A stretch of 64,000 nt of DNA, taken from positions 1-64,000 of IMG/VR virus record IMGVR_UViG_3300010430_000003; one strand, given 5' to 3'. The notes under the pieces were generated by a model that searched no databases, was not told where the DNA came from, and was given only the letters and a program-made list of their open reading frames with translations. A program made the translations under genes and the position numbers. Numbering within the stretch: position 1 is the first letter of the stretch; each line of letters opens with the position of its first letter. Positions 1-10,439 of this stretch are shown piece by piece.

Positions 1-216
1 AAAGAAAGTAAAACATATAGTCAACCACAAAAAGAACTGTCAATCGCAAAATCAGTAGCAAAACTATTTGAAGTGTTGCAAAAAATCAATTCCGAAATAA
101 TTAAGATAAGCACGCAGATCGAACGATACGAATCAGAAGAGGTCGTGTTCAGCGAGATCGGTGATGAAGTTTATGACTCAATCCCTGATGAAATATCGAT
201 TGAGAGTGAGGAATGA
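1..216 (+). CDS. Hypothetical protein, 3' part (truncated by window edge)
   Basis: Frame 1 is open from base 1 to TGA at 214-216 (KESKTYSQPQ...ISIESEE) and abuts the next gene. Confidence 0.6.
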   Translation, partial: KESKTYSQPQKELSIAKSVAKLFEVLQKINSEIIKISTQIERYESEEVVFSEIGDEVYDSIPDEISIESEE

Positions 217-219
217 TGA

Positions 220-1980
220 TTGACAGACTACAAAAATCTTAACCCTGTAACAAAAAAATCTTTCAAGCGCAGACTTGAATTTGAGTCAAGTGGAATCTCT
301 CATATTCAAGATGCTGTAATGAAAACTCTCTATGAAGATGAATTAGATCTCGCAGGAGAGTATTCAGGCGTTGTTCTGTCTGTTTTAGGGGAGCCCACTA
401 CTTTCACTGATGCGTTTAAAGCGGCTGTATTAGGGGCTTTAGATTTCGATTTAGATAGTCAATTTTATAAAATTCGTGTGGAACCTATCCACAATATGAT
501 TCCAATGCCTACCTCTGCTGATGATTGTTTACCAATCAACATGCACCACACTTTTTCACAACCAATCGAGAATCTTGATCACGAGGATTTAATGCCCGGT
601 GATATTGTTGTTGTTTCATTTATTGATGGTTCTGGTGTTTTGAATCCGAAGGTTCTTAGAAAAACGCAAAAGAAAGATGTGTCGGTTGTTAATTGGTCTG
701 AGAAATTAAGTCCTGAAAAGTTAAGCGAAGTCAAACCCCAAGAAGTTCAAATCACTAAACCTGCTGGAGATGAGATTGGATCTGGAGTTAAGTGTAAGAG
801 TAATCAAGTTCCAACGGTATTCAATACGGTTGATGAATCTCAATATTCAAGCGACAATGTGTTAAGATGGTTACCAATCATTAGAGGTGTAAGAAACGAA
901 ATAGAAGAAAAAGCTAATATTGACATTTCATATATAAATGATTCTGTTATTCTTGCTTTAATTGATGTTGAGAGTAATGGTAAAACTGGATTGAATTTTG
1001 ATACGAGCATAAGAAAAAACAGATCTGGCAAGAGAGTTAGATCTCAATTCTATGGAATTCTGCAGCAGAGAGATGACAATATTCATTTTGCATATGATTG
1101 GAGAGTTGGAAGGGCTGTCTTGGGAACTTCATTTGCTGCTTCTAATTTAAACAACTTTCCGGGACATCCAAATCAATCTGGTGCTACTAAAATTCACCAA
1201 ACAGTAAGAAAGGGTGGATCAGCGCGCCGGAAGAAAGCTCAACAGAAAGTTATTGATGATATTAAGTCTGGACAAACAAGAGAATTTTCAAATTTTGAGG
1301 AAGCAGGAGCAATGGCTATTACTGTTGCTATGTTAAATTTTCATAGAGCAGTTAAGAGACATGAAAGAATTCCTGATTTAATTGCCTCTTATCATAATGG
1401 GGGAGGAGGAGCAGCGAGTCGTGTGAAAGAACGAGCCCGCGCAGATGGTATTGAATATTTAGCCGCAGCGAAGCTTCTAAAAAAGGAAGGAAAGTTAGCT
1501 GGTATCGCTCCTAATAATGAGAAATATATTGAAGACTTTCTTAGAGATTATAACAAGTATAAACAAAAATTAGGTGAATATAATCCTGATGCTGCAAATG
1601 TTGTGTTAAATGATTGCGAAGAAGAATTTCAATTTGTTGGCCCTATTCCTCCTGAGAGCGATGAAACTTCACAAGCTCTTGTTCAATCTCCTGAGAACAG
1701 TGAGACAACTGAAGAGATAAAAGATAGTGCATCTGTAGTATTAAATAAACTTACTGAAACTTTTGAAGTTGAGTTTGAAAACTTTACTTTAGAAGATTCA
1801 AAATTTGTAGCTCTTTACGTTGTCAATGATGGAAAAATTGATTATGATGAAATTTTTGCTGTAACGAATCAACAGAAAGATTGGCAATCATCTTTTAGTG
1901 GAAAACCGCTATATACTGATGGTACCCCATATACTAAAGAAAGAATGTTTGAGAAGCTAATAGAGAGAGCGAAAGAATGA
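220..1980 (+). CDS. Baseplate hub-like protein with central lytic transglycosylase (SLT/lysozyme-like) domain
   Basis: ALIDVESNG (catalytic Glu), YGILQ and ASYHNGG resemble the three SLT motifs. The N-terminus is beta-rich like gp5/VgrG OB regions. It precedes the spike, gp25-like and gp6-like genes. Confidence 0.6.
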   Translation: MTDYKNLNPVTKKSFKRRLEFESSGISHIQDAVMKTLYEDELDLAGEYSGVVLSVLGEPTTFTDAFKAAVLGALDFDLDSQFYKIRVEPIHNMIPMPTSADDCLPINMHHTFSQPIENLDHEDLMPGDIVVVSFIDGSGVLNPKVLRKTQKKDVSVVNWSEKLSPEKLSEVKPQEVQITKPAGDEIGSGVKCKSNQVPTVFNTVDESQYSSDNVLRWLPIIRGVRNEIEEKANIDISYINDSVILALIDVESNGKTGLNFDTSIRKNRSGKRVRSQFYGILQQRDDNIHFAYDWRVGRAVLGTSFAASNLNNFPGHPNQSGATKIHQTVRKGGSARRKKAQQKVIDDIKSGQTREFSNFEEAGAMAITVAMLNFHRAVKRHERIPDLIASYHNGGGGAASRVKERARADGIEYLAAAKLLKKEGKLAGIAPNNEKYIEDFLRDYNKYKQKLGEYNPDAANVVLNDCEEEFQFVGPIPPESDETSQALVQSPENSETTEEIKDSASVVLNKLTETFEVEFENFTLEDSKFVALYVVNDGKIDYDEIFAVTNQQKDWQSSFSGKPLYTDGTPYTKERMFEKLIERAKE

Positions 1981-2906
1981 GTAATAAAAAACCTGTAGAA
2001 CTTGGCTTATCAAAACAGAAAAAATCTGAATTAGAAAATACTGAAAGCTATGCGGACGCTGGTATAGGTAAGGGGGTTGGAAATGAAAGACTCCACGAAG
2101 GAATTCCAACTTTCATTCGAGCGGGTTCTGAGACTGTTATAGAAGGTCACAACAACACATGGCTTGTTTTGGGTCGTGACAGGCCCGGTAACCGCCTCTC
2201 AGGCTATGGGGGGAGGGGGGATACCCAAGCAGGTGCAATTGATTTGGTTGTCGGACGCGGCGCTCACATGGCTAAGAGCGTGAACGAAGATGGAGAAAGA
2301 CTTTTTGTTGACCCCAATTTCAAGTTTGATGCTGCTCGGATCCATATCTCCCAGAAAACTGACATTGATAGAAATTTTGATTTAGCTGATGGAACAATAG
2401 GCGATATTCGTGCACGATCCGGCATTGGATTAAAAGCTGATAGTATTAGATTGGTTGCACGAGAAGGAATTAAGATTGTTACTGGTATGGATGGATTCAA
2501 TTCACAGGGCGGTGAGGTCAGTTCTGTGCACGGTATTGATTTGATTGCTAATAATGATGATAGAGATATGCAACCTATCGTGAAGGGCGACAACTTAGTT
2601 GAGGCTTTAGAGAGACAGGCGGAACACTTAAAAGGATTGACTTCAATCGTTGAAACTTTTTTAACTACACAAATGAAATACAATTTATCGACCATGGCTC
2701 ACACTCATATTGCAACGGCCCCCGGCACTCCAACTCTCCCGTCTGTTGAGCTTGTAGCTGCTGGGATCATCGCGCAAGCCCAAATGCTCATTCAGACACT
2801 GGCTTCTTTACCTCTGCATCGTGCTAATGTTGAGATGATGAAAACAAACTATTTGCAGCCGTTTGGTTCAAAGTTTATTAATTCAAGATATAATAACACA
2901 AATTAA
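1977..2906 (+). CDS. Baseplate central spike-like protein (gp5-C/gpV-like)
   Basis: Short beta-repeat character, C-terminal AHTHIA (HxH metal-binding spike-tip motif), baseplate context; ATGA overlap with the previous gene. Confidence 0.6.
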   Translation: MSNKKPVELGLSKQKKSELENTESYADAGIGKGVGNERLHEGIPTFIRAGSETVIEGHNNTWLVLGRDRPGNRLSGYGGRGDTQAGAIDLVVGRGAHMAKSVNEDGERLFVDPNFKFDAARIHISQKTDIDRNFDLADGTIGDIRARSGIGLKADSIRLVAREGIKIVTGMDGFNSQGGEVSSVHGIDLIANNDDRDMQPIVKGDNLVEALERQAEHLKGLTSIVETFLTTQMKYNLSTMAHTHIATAPGTPTLPSVELVAAGIIAQAQMLIQTLASLPLHRANVEMMKTNYLQPFGSKFINSRYNNTN

Positions 2907-5900
2907 AATGCCAATTACTACAAACGATAAAGCTCTGGTTCCTGACTGGACTCAAATTGAAGCAAATACTCCATATCTCAATCAGAGAAATGGAAGATAT
3001 GAAATGCCATATCAATCAGAATTTGTTTCTACTGGTGGTGATGAACTCAATGAACGATTAAGAATTGCCACGCGAAAGGGAATTCAAATATTAGCAAGAT
3101 ATTATAATAGAACTATTCAAGATCAACAAAACTTAGAACAACTTGTTGATAAGTCTCTAGTGCATACAAAATATTGGATTGATCCGAGACCAACCTGCTC
3201 TTTTATGAGAGTTTTGATTTCAATTGAATTCGATGAGCTTGCCAAACTGACTAAATCATCAGAAGTGCCTTCTGATGAAAGGAGATATATTGCCTCCTTT
3301 AATATTAAAGAAATGTTAGGTGCTTATAAAGGACTATCTTCTTTTTTGAGAAGTTATGGTGAATTAAACAAACATACAAAATATTCATTATATGTTAATA
3401 ATACAAAAATAAATTTAATAAAGGAAGCTGATTATTTCGAGAAATTAATTGAATTCCTAAGTGGGCTATCATCAGAAGAAGATTCTGTCTTAACCCTTCT
3501 GTTTAATGAAAATTTAAGTTTGTTGGATGTCAAAAATACTGAAGAAGAAATTCTGAGAGGTGAATGGCGTAAAATTGTTGATAAAAGATTTTATAATGTT
3601 ATCTCAACTTCTTTTTTGATAAATTATCCTAAAGTCCTAAGAATTGCGGGCAATGGTAGAACTCCGCCGTCCTTAAATGAATTCTTAAATACCTTCATTA
3701 TAGGCAACATCATTCTCAAAGATGATAAGCAGTATATCGAAGATAGAGTTTACGATCCCGTTCAAGAGGCGAAAGATAGAGTAAATGATTTCTACGATGA
3801 TAGGAAAGAAAAAGTTCTCAATGAGATGAGACGTATTGGAGAGATTAAAAGCCCCATCATTGTTGACCTAAATTGCGGAAAGATTCCAATTGGGCAAGCC
3901 ACTGCGGAAGTTGCTAATATTGTTTATAAAACATATCAAAAAAAGAATGTTGAAGATGATGTGTTAAATAACTCAATCATTACAGCAAAATACTTTGATT
4001 CAACAATTAACTTAGGAGACTTTGTTGGTGACAAAGCCGTCAATGATCTTCTTGGATTTGATAATGGGATGCAAGGTCCAACAAATATCAAAGAGTTTTA
4101 TAAAGCTGTTCTAAATCAAATTGATGTTAGAACCCTTACAAATAAATTGATGCAATGTCTTTTTACTGGCGGTGATATTCAAACAGTCTGTGTTGAGTTT
4201 CACAATCCACTTTCATTTAGATTGCCTGACACTTTAAAGATTCCTTCGATTTTTGATTTTATTTCTAAATTAGTATTTAAGCTTCTGTTAGCTCTCGTCA
4301 CAGAGATATTAAAGTGGTTGATGTCACTTATTATCAATGAGTTGAATAAGTGCATTAGAAGTCGTGAACAAGGTGTGGCTGCATTTGAAGATGAGAGGAA
4401 CATCTCAGATTATTTTGGACCTAACATACCAACAGTTACCGACTATTTGTCGGATTCTATAACGGATTTACTGGGAGATGATTCTCTTGTTGATTTTGTA
4501 TCAACTGAGACAGCGCATGATTTTTTGAGAGACGTTATTGATCTTCTAACAATTATTGAGTTCTGCCAACTTGTAAATGGAGAAGCATCTGATGATGTAT
4601 TAGATCTAATTCGCTGCCTCGTCGAAACTAAATACACAGAATTTATGAGTGCTCTTGACACAAATCACAAGATCGAGTCAGTATTTTCAACATTGGGCGG
4701 AGTTATTAATAGTGATTTTTGTGATTCAATTATTGATTCCTTTGCAGATGACGAATCAATATGTCAACCTGATGAAGCCAATCAAGCACTACGTCGTCTT
4801 CTGCAGAATAAAGGAGATAAGATCACTCCTGACCAGATTGACGAACAAATTGAATTGGCTAGAGAGATTAAAAAGGAGCAGGCAGAAATCTATTTAGACT
4901 TGCTCAAAAACAAGGGTGACTTAACCGAAGCACTTCTAGCCGGAGATTCACCAGAAGATTTTGTTAAAAAGCTCTTGCCATGCGCAGAACAAAATGAGCC
5001 AATGGCCCACATGGTTCGATTATTCTTGAACAATGTTGTTGAACCACTCCGAGATTCTCTTACACAAAATATGGCAGATAATGATTTTTTATCTGTTGTG
5101 AGTATATTAGAAGGAATTGAGGATGAAACATATAGGGGTTTAGCAACCTCATATAAGAATATAGCAAAAGTTTATGTTGATGAAGATAAAGTGGTTGTTG
5201 GTGATGTTCGTGTTTCATTTGAAGATTTTTTAGAAGAGTCAGAAACCGTTATGAAAGCGACAACATCTTCAGGGGCACTAAATATTATTCGGAACACAGG
5301 AAACTTCACCCCTGATGTTACTGGCAATGCTCACAAAGATATCTTTAGCAAACACTTTTTAGATAAAATGATTGAGAAGGGTGTGGACGTTCAAGGTCTT
5401 GATCGCAGAGGATTTAGAAATAGTATATCTGATTCTTATCTAGCTGTTCTTAGGGAGATGCTGAGATTGTATTCGGATGATCTCGGTCAATCTTATGTTT
5501 CTACAAAAAAGGAAGAGTTAATAGAGAGCATAGAAGAGTTGTTCGATGAAGAAAAGATTGAATTTCTTGAGAATATGTGGAGAGCAACACAAGAAGATCT
5601 TATCAAGGGGGTATCAACAACATTCTTTGCAGAAGAATGTAAAAGCAGAGATTTTAGAGATTTACAGAAAGTAATATTTGAAATGTGTTTATATCTTTAT
5701 ATTAGAATTCACATTTTTGAGTTTTTCTTTAAAGCGATCTATTCTATAACTGAATATAATTCAGCCGATTGGAATCGGGGCGCTTGGAAGGAATTTTTCA
5801 ATAGACGCATTCAAAACGATGTTGTGATACGGGAAGCAGAAGAATTCATTGAGGATTTAGAAAAGAAAAGAAATTTGGAATTTCCTGATTTTATTAGTGA

Positions 5901-6792
5901 ACAATTCTCAAATATTTCAAATTCTCTTAAAAACACCGATGATATAAACTCTGTATTTAAAAATATTAGAAACACAAGATCGAATACTGGCTCAAAAGTA
6001 TTTATATCAAATATTAGATATATGGATGCATACTCTAATGAGGCTGTTCCAAGATTTTTTGCAGTGCAACTTCTTCAAGAAACTCCACCTTCACGAAATT
6101 TAAAGTTTGATTTAAACTCAAGAATTTCTTGGAATTTAGATGATTTGAACGTGGGTCGATTCTTTCTTGAACGATACATTCGTGTTGTAGATAAACCTTC
6201 AAGTCCCCTCGCCGCTCGCTCTAAAGAACTGAAGGGGGTAGTAAATTTGGATAGATGGCAATCTTCAATCTCTCAAGTTACTGATGGTTCTGATTTTCAA
6301 GAACATTTTGAGAGTTGGTCGTATGGGTTAAGATTGAATATCTTGTGGCCAAAACTTTTTTCAAGTGTTCTTGGTCCAATTAAAAACTTGCCGAACATGA
6401 CAGAGATCTCTGAACTTGAGAAGATCTTTTTCATAAAAGAATTAGATACTGATTTATTTGTTTTACCACTATTAGAGTTCGAGGAAGAGATTCCAAATGG
6501 GCCGACAAATCGGACTCTGGAATATCCAGAGCAAAGGCTGCTGCAACTGATGGTGGAAGGAATCCAGCAATCACAATTGATGGATATTGCCTTTCCATTA
6601 AAGGATATGATATCAATTATGTCTTTAAGAGATTATGATTATTTTAATAAAAATCACTTCGGGGGACAAAGAATATTCGGAGAAACTCTTAAAATATTGA
6701 AATTTGTCATCCAAGGGATAATTAACTTGGAGGACTTTACATATGAGAATAAAGAACTTCAAACAAATTCTAGACGCGGAAGACAAAGTTAA
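2863..6792 (+). CDS. Large hypothetical protein (likely start ATG 2908), probably virion-associated
   Basis: About 1300-aa ORF between spike and gp25-like genes; no recognisable motif. Confidence 0.6.
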   Translation: MVQSLLIQDIITQIKMPITTNDKALVPDWTQIEANTPYLNQRNGRYEMPYQSEFVSTGGDELNERLRIATRKGIQILARYYNRTIQDQQNLEQLVDKSLVHTKYWIDPRPTCSFMRVLISIEFDELAKLTKSSEVPSDERRYIASFNIKEMLGAYKGLSSFLRSYGELNKHTKYSLYVNNTKINLIKEADYFEKLIEFLSGLSSEEDSVLTLLFNENLSLLDVKNTEEEILRGEWRKIVDKRFYNVISTSFLINYPKVLRIAGNGRTPPSLNEFLNTFIIGNIILKDDKQYIEDRVYDPVQEAKDRVNDFYDDRKEKVLNEMRRIGEIKSPIIVDLNCGKIPIGQATAEVANIVYKTYQKKNVEDDVLNNSIITAKYFDSTINLGDFVGDKAVNDLLGFDNGMQGPTNIKEFYKAVLNQIDVRTLTNKLMQCLFTGGDIQTVCVEFHNPLSFRLPDTLKIPSIFDFISKLVFKLLLALVTEILKWLMSLIINELNKCIRSREQGVAAFEDERNISDYFGPNIPTVTDYLSDSITDLLGDDSLVDFVSTETAHDFLRDVIDLLTIIEFCQLVNGEASDDVLDLIRCLVETKYTEFMSALDTNHKIESVFSTLGGVINSDFCDSIIDSFADDESICQPDEANQALRRLLQNKGDKITPDQIDEQIELAREIKKEQAEIYLDLLKNKGDLTEALLAGDSPEDFVKKLLPCAEQNEPMAHMVRLFLNNVVEPLRDSLTQNMADNDFLSVVSILEGIEDETYRGLATSYKNIAKVYVDEDKVVVGDVRVSFEDFLEESETVMKATTSSGALNIIRNTGNFTPDVTGNAHKDIFSKHFLDKMIEKGVDVQGLDRRGFRNSISDSYLAVLREMLRLYSDDLGQSYVSTKKEELIESIEELFDEEKIEFLENMWRATQEDLIKGVSTTFFAEECKSRDFRDLQKVIFEMCLYLYIRIHIFEFFFKAIYSITEYNSADWNRGAWKEFFNRRIQNDVVIREAEEFIEDLEKKRNLEFPDFISEQFSNISNSLKNTDDINSVFKNIRNTRSNTGSKVFISNIRYMDAYSNEAVPRFFAVQLLQETPPSRNLKFDLNSRISWNLDDLNVGRFFLERYIRVVDKPSSPLAARSKELKGVVNLDRWQSSISQVTDGSDFQEHFESWSYGLRLNILWPKLFSSVLGPIKNLPNMTEISELEKIFFIKELDTDLFVLPLLEFEEEIPNGPTNRTLEYPEQRLLQLMVEGIQQSQLMDIAFPLKDMISIMSLRDYDYFNKNHFGGQRIFGETLKILKFVIQGIINLEDFTYENKELQTNSRRGRQS

Positions 6793-7169
6793 TGGCCTTA
6801 GCACCCAAAATTCCATTATACATAGATGATATCTATGGAGCATATGGCTTAATTGATAATTATCGAGAGTTAATTAAACAGAATCTTAAAATGCTTGTGT
6901 TGACTGCTCCCGGTGAAAGGATGATGGATCCACTATTTGGAGTTGGAATTAGAAACTATCAATTTGAAAATTTTGATCCAATAACGGTTGGTGAAATTAA
7001 AGGGAATATTGTTGCACAAGTAGCGACATATTTACCCTTTGTTTTAATTCAAGAAATTAATGTTAGTTTTAGTGAAACTGATTATATACTTTCTGTATCC
7101 GTTAATTATAAAGTTCCTTCCATCAATTTGACTGACAATGTTTCAATTTCAAGTAATATAGAGAGGTAA
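6792..7169 (+). CDS. gp25: Baseplate wedge subunit, gp25/gpW-like
   Basis: 125 aa, LKMLVLTAPGERMMDPLFGVGI matches the typical gp25 family pattern (T..GER...P.FG); precedes a gp6-like gene. Confidence 0.9.
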   Translation: MALAPKIPLYIDDIYGAYGLIDNYRELIKQNLKMLVLTAPGERMMDPLFGVGIRNYQFENFDPITVGEIKGNIVAQVATYLPFVLIQEINVSFSETDYILSVSVNYKVPSINLTDNVSISSNIER

Positions 7170-7174
7170 AACTT

Positions 7175-8968
7175 GTGCCTAAGAAATCACCATTAATAAG
7201 ATATACTAGTAGAGATTATGAATCTATTAGAAATGATCTAATTGAATATACTAAAAGATATTATCCAAATACATTTAAAGATTTTAATGAAACATCTTTT
7301 GGTATGTTGATGTTGGAGACTGTTGCTTATGTTGGAGACATCTTATCATTTTATGTCGATTATCAAGCAAATGAAAGTTTCCTAGATACAGCGATAGATT
7401 ATAATAATGTCTTGCGTCATGCAAGGAATATGGGATATAGATATAAGTTAGCAAACTCTTCCATGGGAATGCTCTCGTTTTATGCTCTCATCCCCGCAAA
7501 CACTGTTGGTCTAGGCCCAAACACAAATCTTATGCCTATCCTTAGAAGAGGCTCTCAATTTGCAACACAAGGCGGTGTTAATTTTGTTTTAACAGAAGAT
7601 GTTGATTTTACAAAAAGCACAAATGAAGTTGTTGCCGGTAGAGTTAATGAAACAACCGGTGTCCCAACATCTTATGCTGTCAAAGCAACTGCAAGAGCGA
7701 TTTCAGGTAAGATTCTTCGGAAGACAATTACAGTTGGAGCTTTTGAAAGATTCCGAAGAGTAGAAATAGGCAATCTTCTGGTTGCTGACATTATTAGCGT
7801 TACTGATGATGAGGGACATGAATATTATGAAGTCCCCCACTTGTCACAAGACGTCGTATATCTCCCAGTCCCAAACTACAACTCAGATAAAGAATCGGTT
7901 CCATCAATTCTTAAACCAGTTCCAATCCCAAGAAGATTTACAGTTGAACGTGATGCTGGAAAAGTGTATCTGCAATTTGGATATGGTTCTGATACTGAAC
8001 TAACAACAACATCTGTTGTTGATCCCTCTGAAGTAATTTTAGAATTACACGGACGAAATTTTGTTTCCGATACCTCTTTTGATCCTGCAAAAATTATCAG
8101 CACTGATAAATTTGGTATTACTCCTGCAAATACAACTTTGACAATTGAATATAGAGTCAATACAGCAGATTCTGTAAATGCTGCGGTCGGCACAATTACA
8201 AGAGTTGTTGACCCTGAATTTAAATTTTTAAACAGAAACAATCTATTAAGCTCCGATGTTGATTTTGTGATTCAATCTCTTGAAGTCAATAACGATGAGT
8301 CTTTCGTTGGTGATGTGAGCACTCCATCTTCTGACGAGGTTCGTATTCGAGCTAAGAACTATTTCAGTACCCAAAATAGAGCAGTTACTGCAAAAGATTA
8401 TGAATCACTCATTTATTCAATGCCTCCATATTTCGGAGCAGTAAAGCGGTGTAAAGTTGTTCAAGATAACAATTCATTTAAGAGAAATCTAAATTTATAT
8501 GTTTTGGCGGAAGACACAGAAGAAAAGCTTACAACTGCAAATACAACATTAAAGAGAAATGTTAAAAGCTGGATCAATCGCCATAGAATGATTAATGATA
8601 CAATTGATATTCTTGATGCAAAGGTTGTCGATTTTGCTGTCAGGTTCCAAATCATTCCGGAACTTACATATGATAAACATGATGCTTTAAGAAATGCAAT
8701 TGATGCTTTGCGAGATCTTTTTGAAATTCCTTTAGATATTGGTGAACCAATTAGCATTTCTAAGATCTATAATGCCTTAAACGAAACAGAAGGCGTTGAA
8801 GATACTTTAGATGTTGAGATAGTTGAGAGAGTTGGCTCAAATTATAGCACTATCCGATTTTCATTTGATAAATACATTACATCTGACGGCAGAATGGTTC
8901 GAGGTTTTAAAAATATCTGTTATCAGTTAAAATATCCATTAAGCGATTTGGAAGGAACTGTGATATGA
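7175..8968 (+). CDS. gp6: Baseplate wedge protein, T4 gp6 / baseplate J-like
   Basis: YTSRDYESIRNDLI, LETVAYVGDILSFY.D.Q.NE.FL, YLQFG and QNRAVTAKDYE are typical gp6 segments; GTG start. Confidence 0.88.
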   Translation: MPKKSPLIRYTSRDYESIRNDLIEYTKRYYPNTFKDFNETSFGMLMLETVAYVGDILSFYVDYQANESFLDTAIDYNNVLRHARNMGYRYKLANSSMGMLSFYALIPANTVGLGPNTNLMPILRRGSQFATQGGVNFVLTEDVDFTKSTNEVVAGRVNETTGVPTSYAVKATARAISGKILRKTITVGAFERFRRVEIGNLLVADIISVTDDEGHEYYEVPHLSQDVVYLPVPNYNSDKESVPSILKPVPIPRRFTVERDAGKVYLQFGYGSDTELTTTSVVDPSEVILELHGRNFVSDTSFDPAKIISTDKFGITPANTTLTIEYRVNTADSVNAAVGTITRVVDPEFKFLNRNNLLSSDVDFVIQSLEVNNDESFVGDVSTPSSDEVRIRAKNYFSTQNRAVTAKDYESLIYSMPPYFGAVKRCKVVQDNNSFKRNLNLYVLAEDTEEKLTTANTTLKRNVKSWINRHRMINDTIDILDAKVVDFAVRFQIIPELTYDKHDALRNAIDALRDLFEIPLDIGEPISISKIYNALNETEGVEDTLDVEIVERVGSNYSTIRFSFDKYITSDGRMVRGFKNICYQLKYPLSDLEGTVI

Positions 8969-10437
8969 TTAAAAGGTATGTAGCCTCAAAAGATGCAACC
9001 ATTACAAATGCATATAAGTATAATAATGATGCTGTTCGTGCTACAGGCAGTAATGTTGGCGGTGCGGATTCTGGCCAAGTCTTTTCTCTATTCGGAAATA
9101 TCTCAACAGGTTCCATTGAAAAATCAAGGATGATTATTCAGTTTCCAGTCAATAATATTGATGCGGATAGAAGTCTAGGACTCGTGCCTGCTTCCGGGTC
9201 AGTCTCATTCTATCTTAAAATGTATAATGTTAAGCATACTGAAACACTTCCAAGAAATTTTATATTAAATGTTTCACCAATTTCATCTAGTGTGGATTGG
9301 GAAGAGGGAGAAGGTTTAGATCTTGACGACTATACTGATTGGGGTCGAGGTTTCGGTGGACAAGGAGTCACATGGTCAACATATGCAAGCTCTACTCTCG
9401 GAGCCTTATCATGGTCAGTTGGCGGAGGAGACTTTTATAATGATCTTCTTTTCTCACAGAGCTTTGAAGAGGGTTACGAAGATTTAAGTATCGATATTTC
9501 TCCTTTAGTAGAAGAATGGATTGACGGGACAAAAGATAATCGTGGTGTTTTGTTATATTTAACCTCTTCACAGGAAAATCATTCTTCATCCATTTCTTAT
9601 TACACAAAACGTTTTTCAATGCGCAAGAGTGAATTTTTCTATTCACGACCTGTCATTGAAGCAGTGTGGGATGATTCCAAGAAAGACAACCGTGGAAATT
9701 TCTATCCGAGTTCATCTTTCCTTCCAGCAGATGATAACTTAAATACAATTTATTTTTATAATTTTGTAAGGGGACAACTTACCAATGTGGCTGGCCTGAC
9801 AGATGATTTAATGTATGTGCGAGTTTTTGAATCATCATCAAATGGTTCTGAAATTACAACAACACCGTCTTCACCTATTACTGGCGGCCTTACATCAGAA
9901 GTTGGAATTTATTCAGCTTCACTTGCAGTTGCAACAAGCGGAACAATGTCAGTTATGTTTGACCGGTGGTATGTTGATACAACAGGCTCCGCGACAAATT
10001 GTGTTCATACTGGAACTATTATTATTGAAGATTGGGCCGCAAACAACACAGCAACAAGAAAAGAGTATGAATTAAAAATCTCCAATCTTAAGAATGAATA
10101 TTCTACTCGTGAACAAGATACTAGGCTAAGACTTTTTACTAGAGAAAAGTGTTGGAATCCATCTATTTATTTGGTAGCTGTAAATGAAACTCCTTTATCG
10201 ATTGTCGATGATATTTATTACAGGGTTATTAGAAGTGCAGATGACAAAGAAGTCGTTGGGTTTGGAACTGGTTCATTAAATGAAACAAGAGTCTCTTATG
10301 ATGTGTCAGGCTCTTATTTTGATTTTGATATGGGAATATTAGAACCTGATTTTGGTTATGAATTTAGATTTGCTATTTATGAAAATGGTAATTACGTAGA
10401 GCATCCATATATTGCAAAGTTTAGAATAGAGGATTAA
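8965..10437 (+). CDS. Putative virion structural protein (beta-rich)
   Basis: Ser/Thr/Gly-rich 490 aa, ATGA-coupled to the gp6-like gene. Confidence 0.55.
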   Translation: MIKRYVASKDATITNAYKYNNDAVRATGSNVGGADSGQVFSLFGNISTGSIEKSRMIIQFPVNNIDADRSLGLVPASGSVSFYLKMYNVKHTETLPRNFILNVSPISSSVDWEEGEGLDLDDYTDWGRGFGGQGVTWSTYASSTLGALSWSVGGGDFYNDLLFSQSFEEGYEDLSIDISPLVEEWIDGTKDNRGVLLYLTSSQENHSSSISYYTKRFSMRKSEFFYSRPVIEAVWDDSKKDNRGNFYPSSSFLPADDNLNTIYFYNFVRGQLTNVAGLTDDLMYVRVFESSSNGSEITTTPSSPITGGLTSEVGIYSASLAVATSGTMSVMFDRWYVDTTGSATNCVHTGTIIIEDWAANNTATRKEYELKISNLKNEYSTREQDTRLRLFTREKCWNPSIYLVAVNETPLSIVDDIYYRVIRSADDKEVVGFGTGSLNETRVSYDVSGSYFDFDMGILEPDFGYEFRFAIYENGNYVEHPYIAKFRIED

Positions 10438-10439
10438 GA

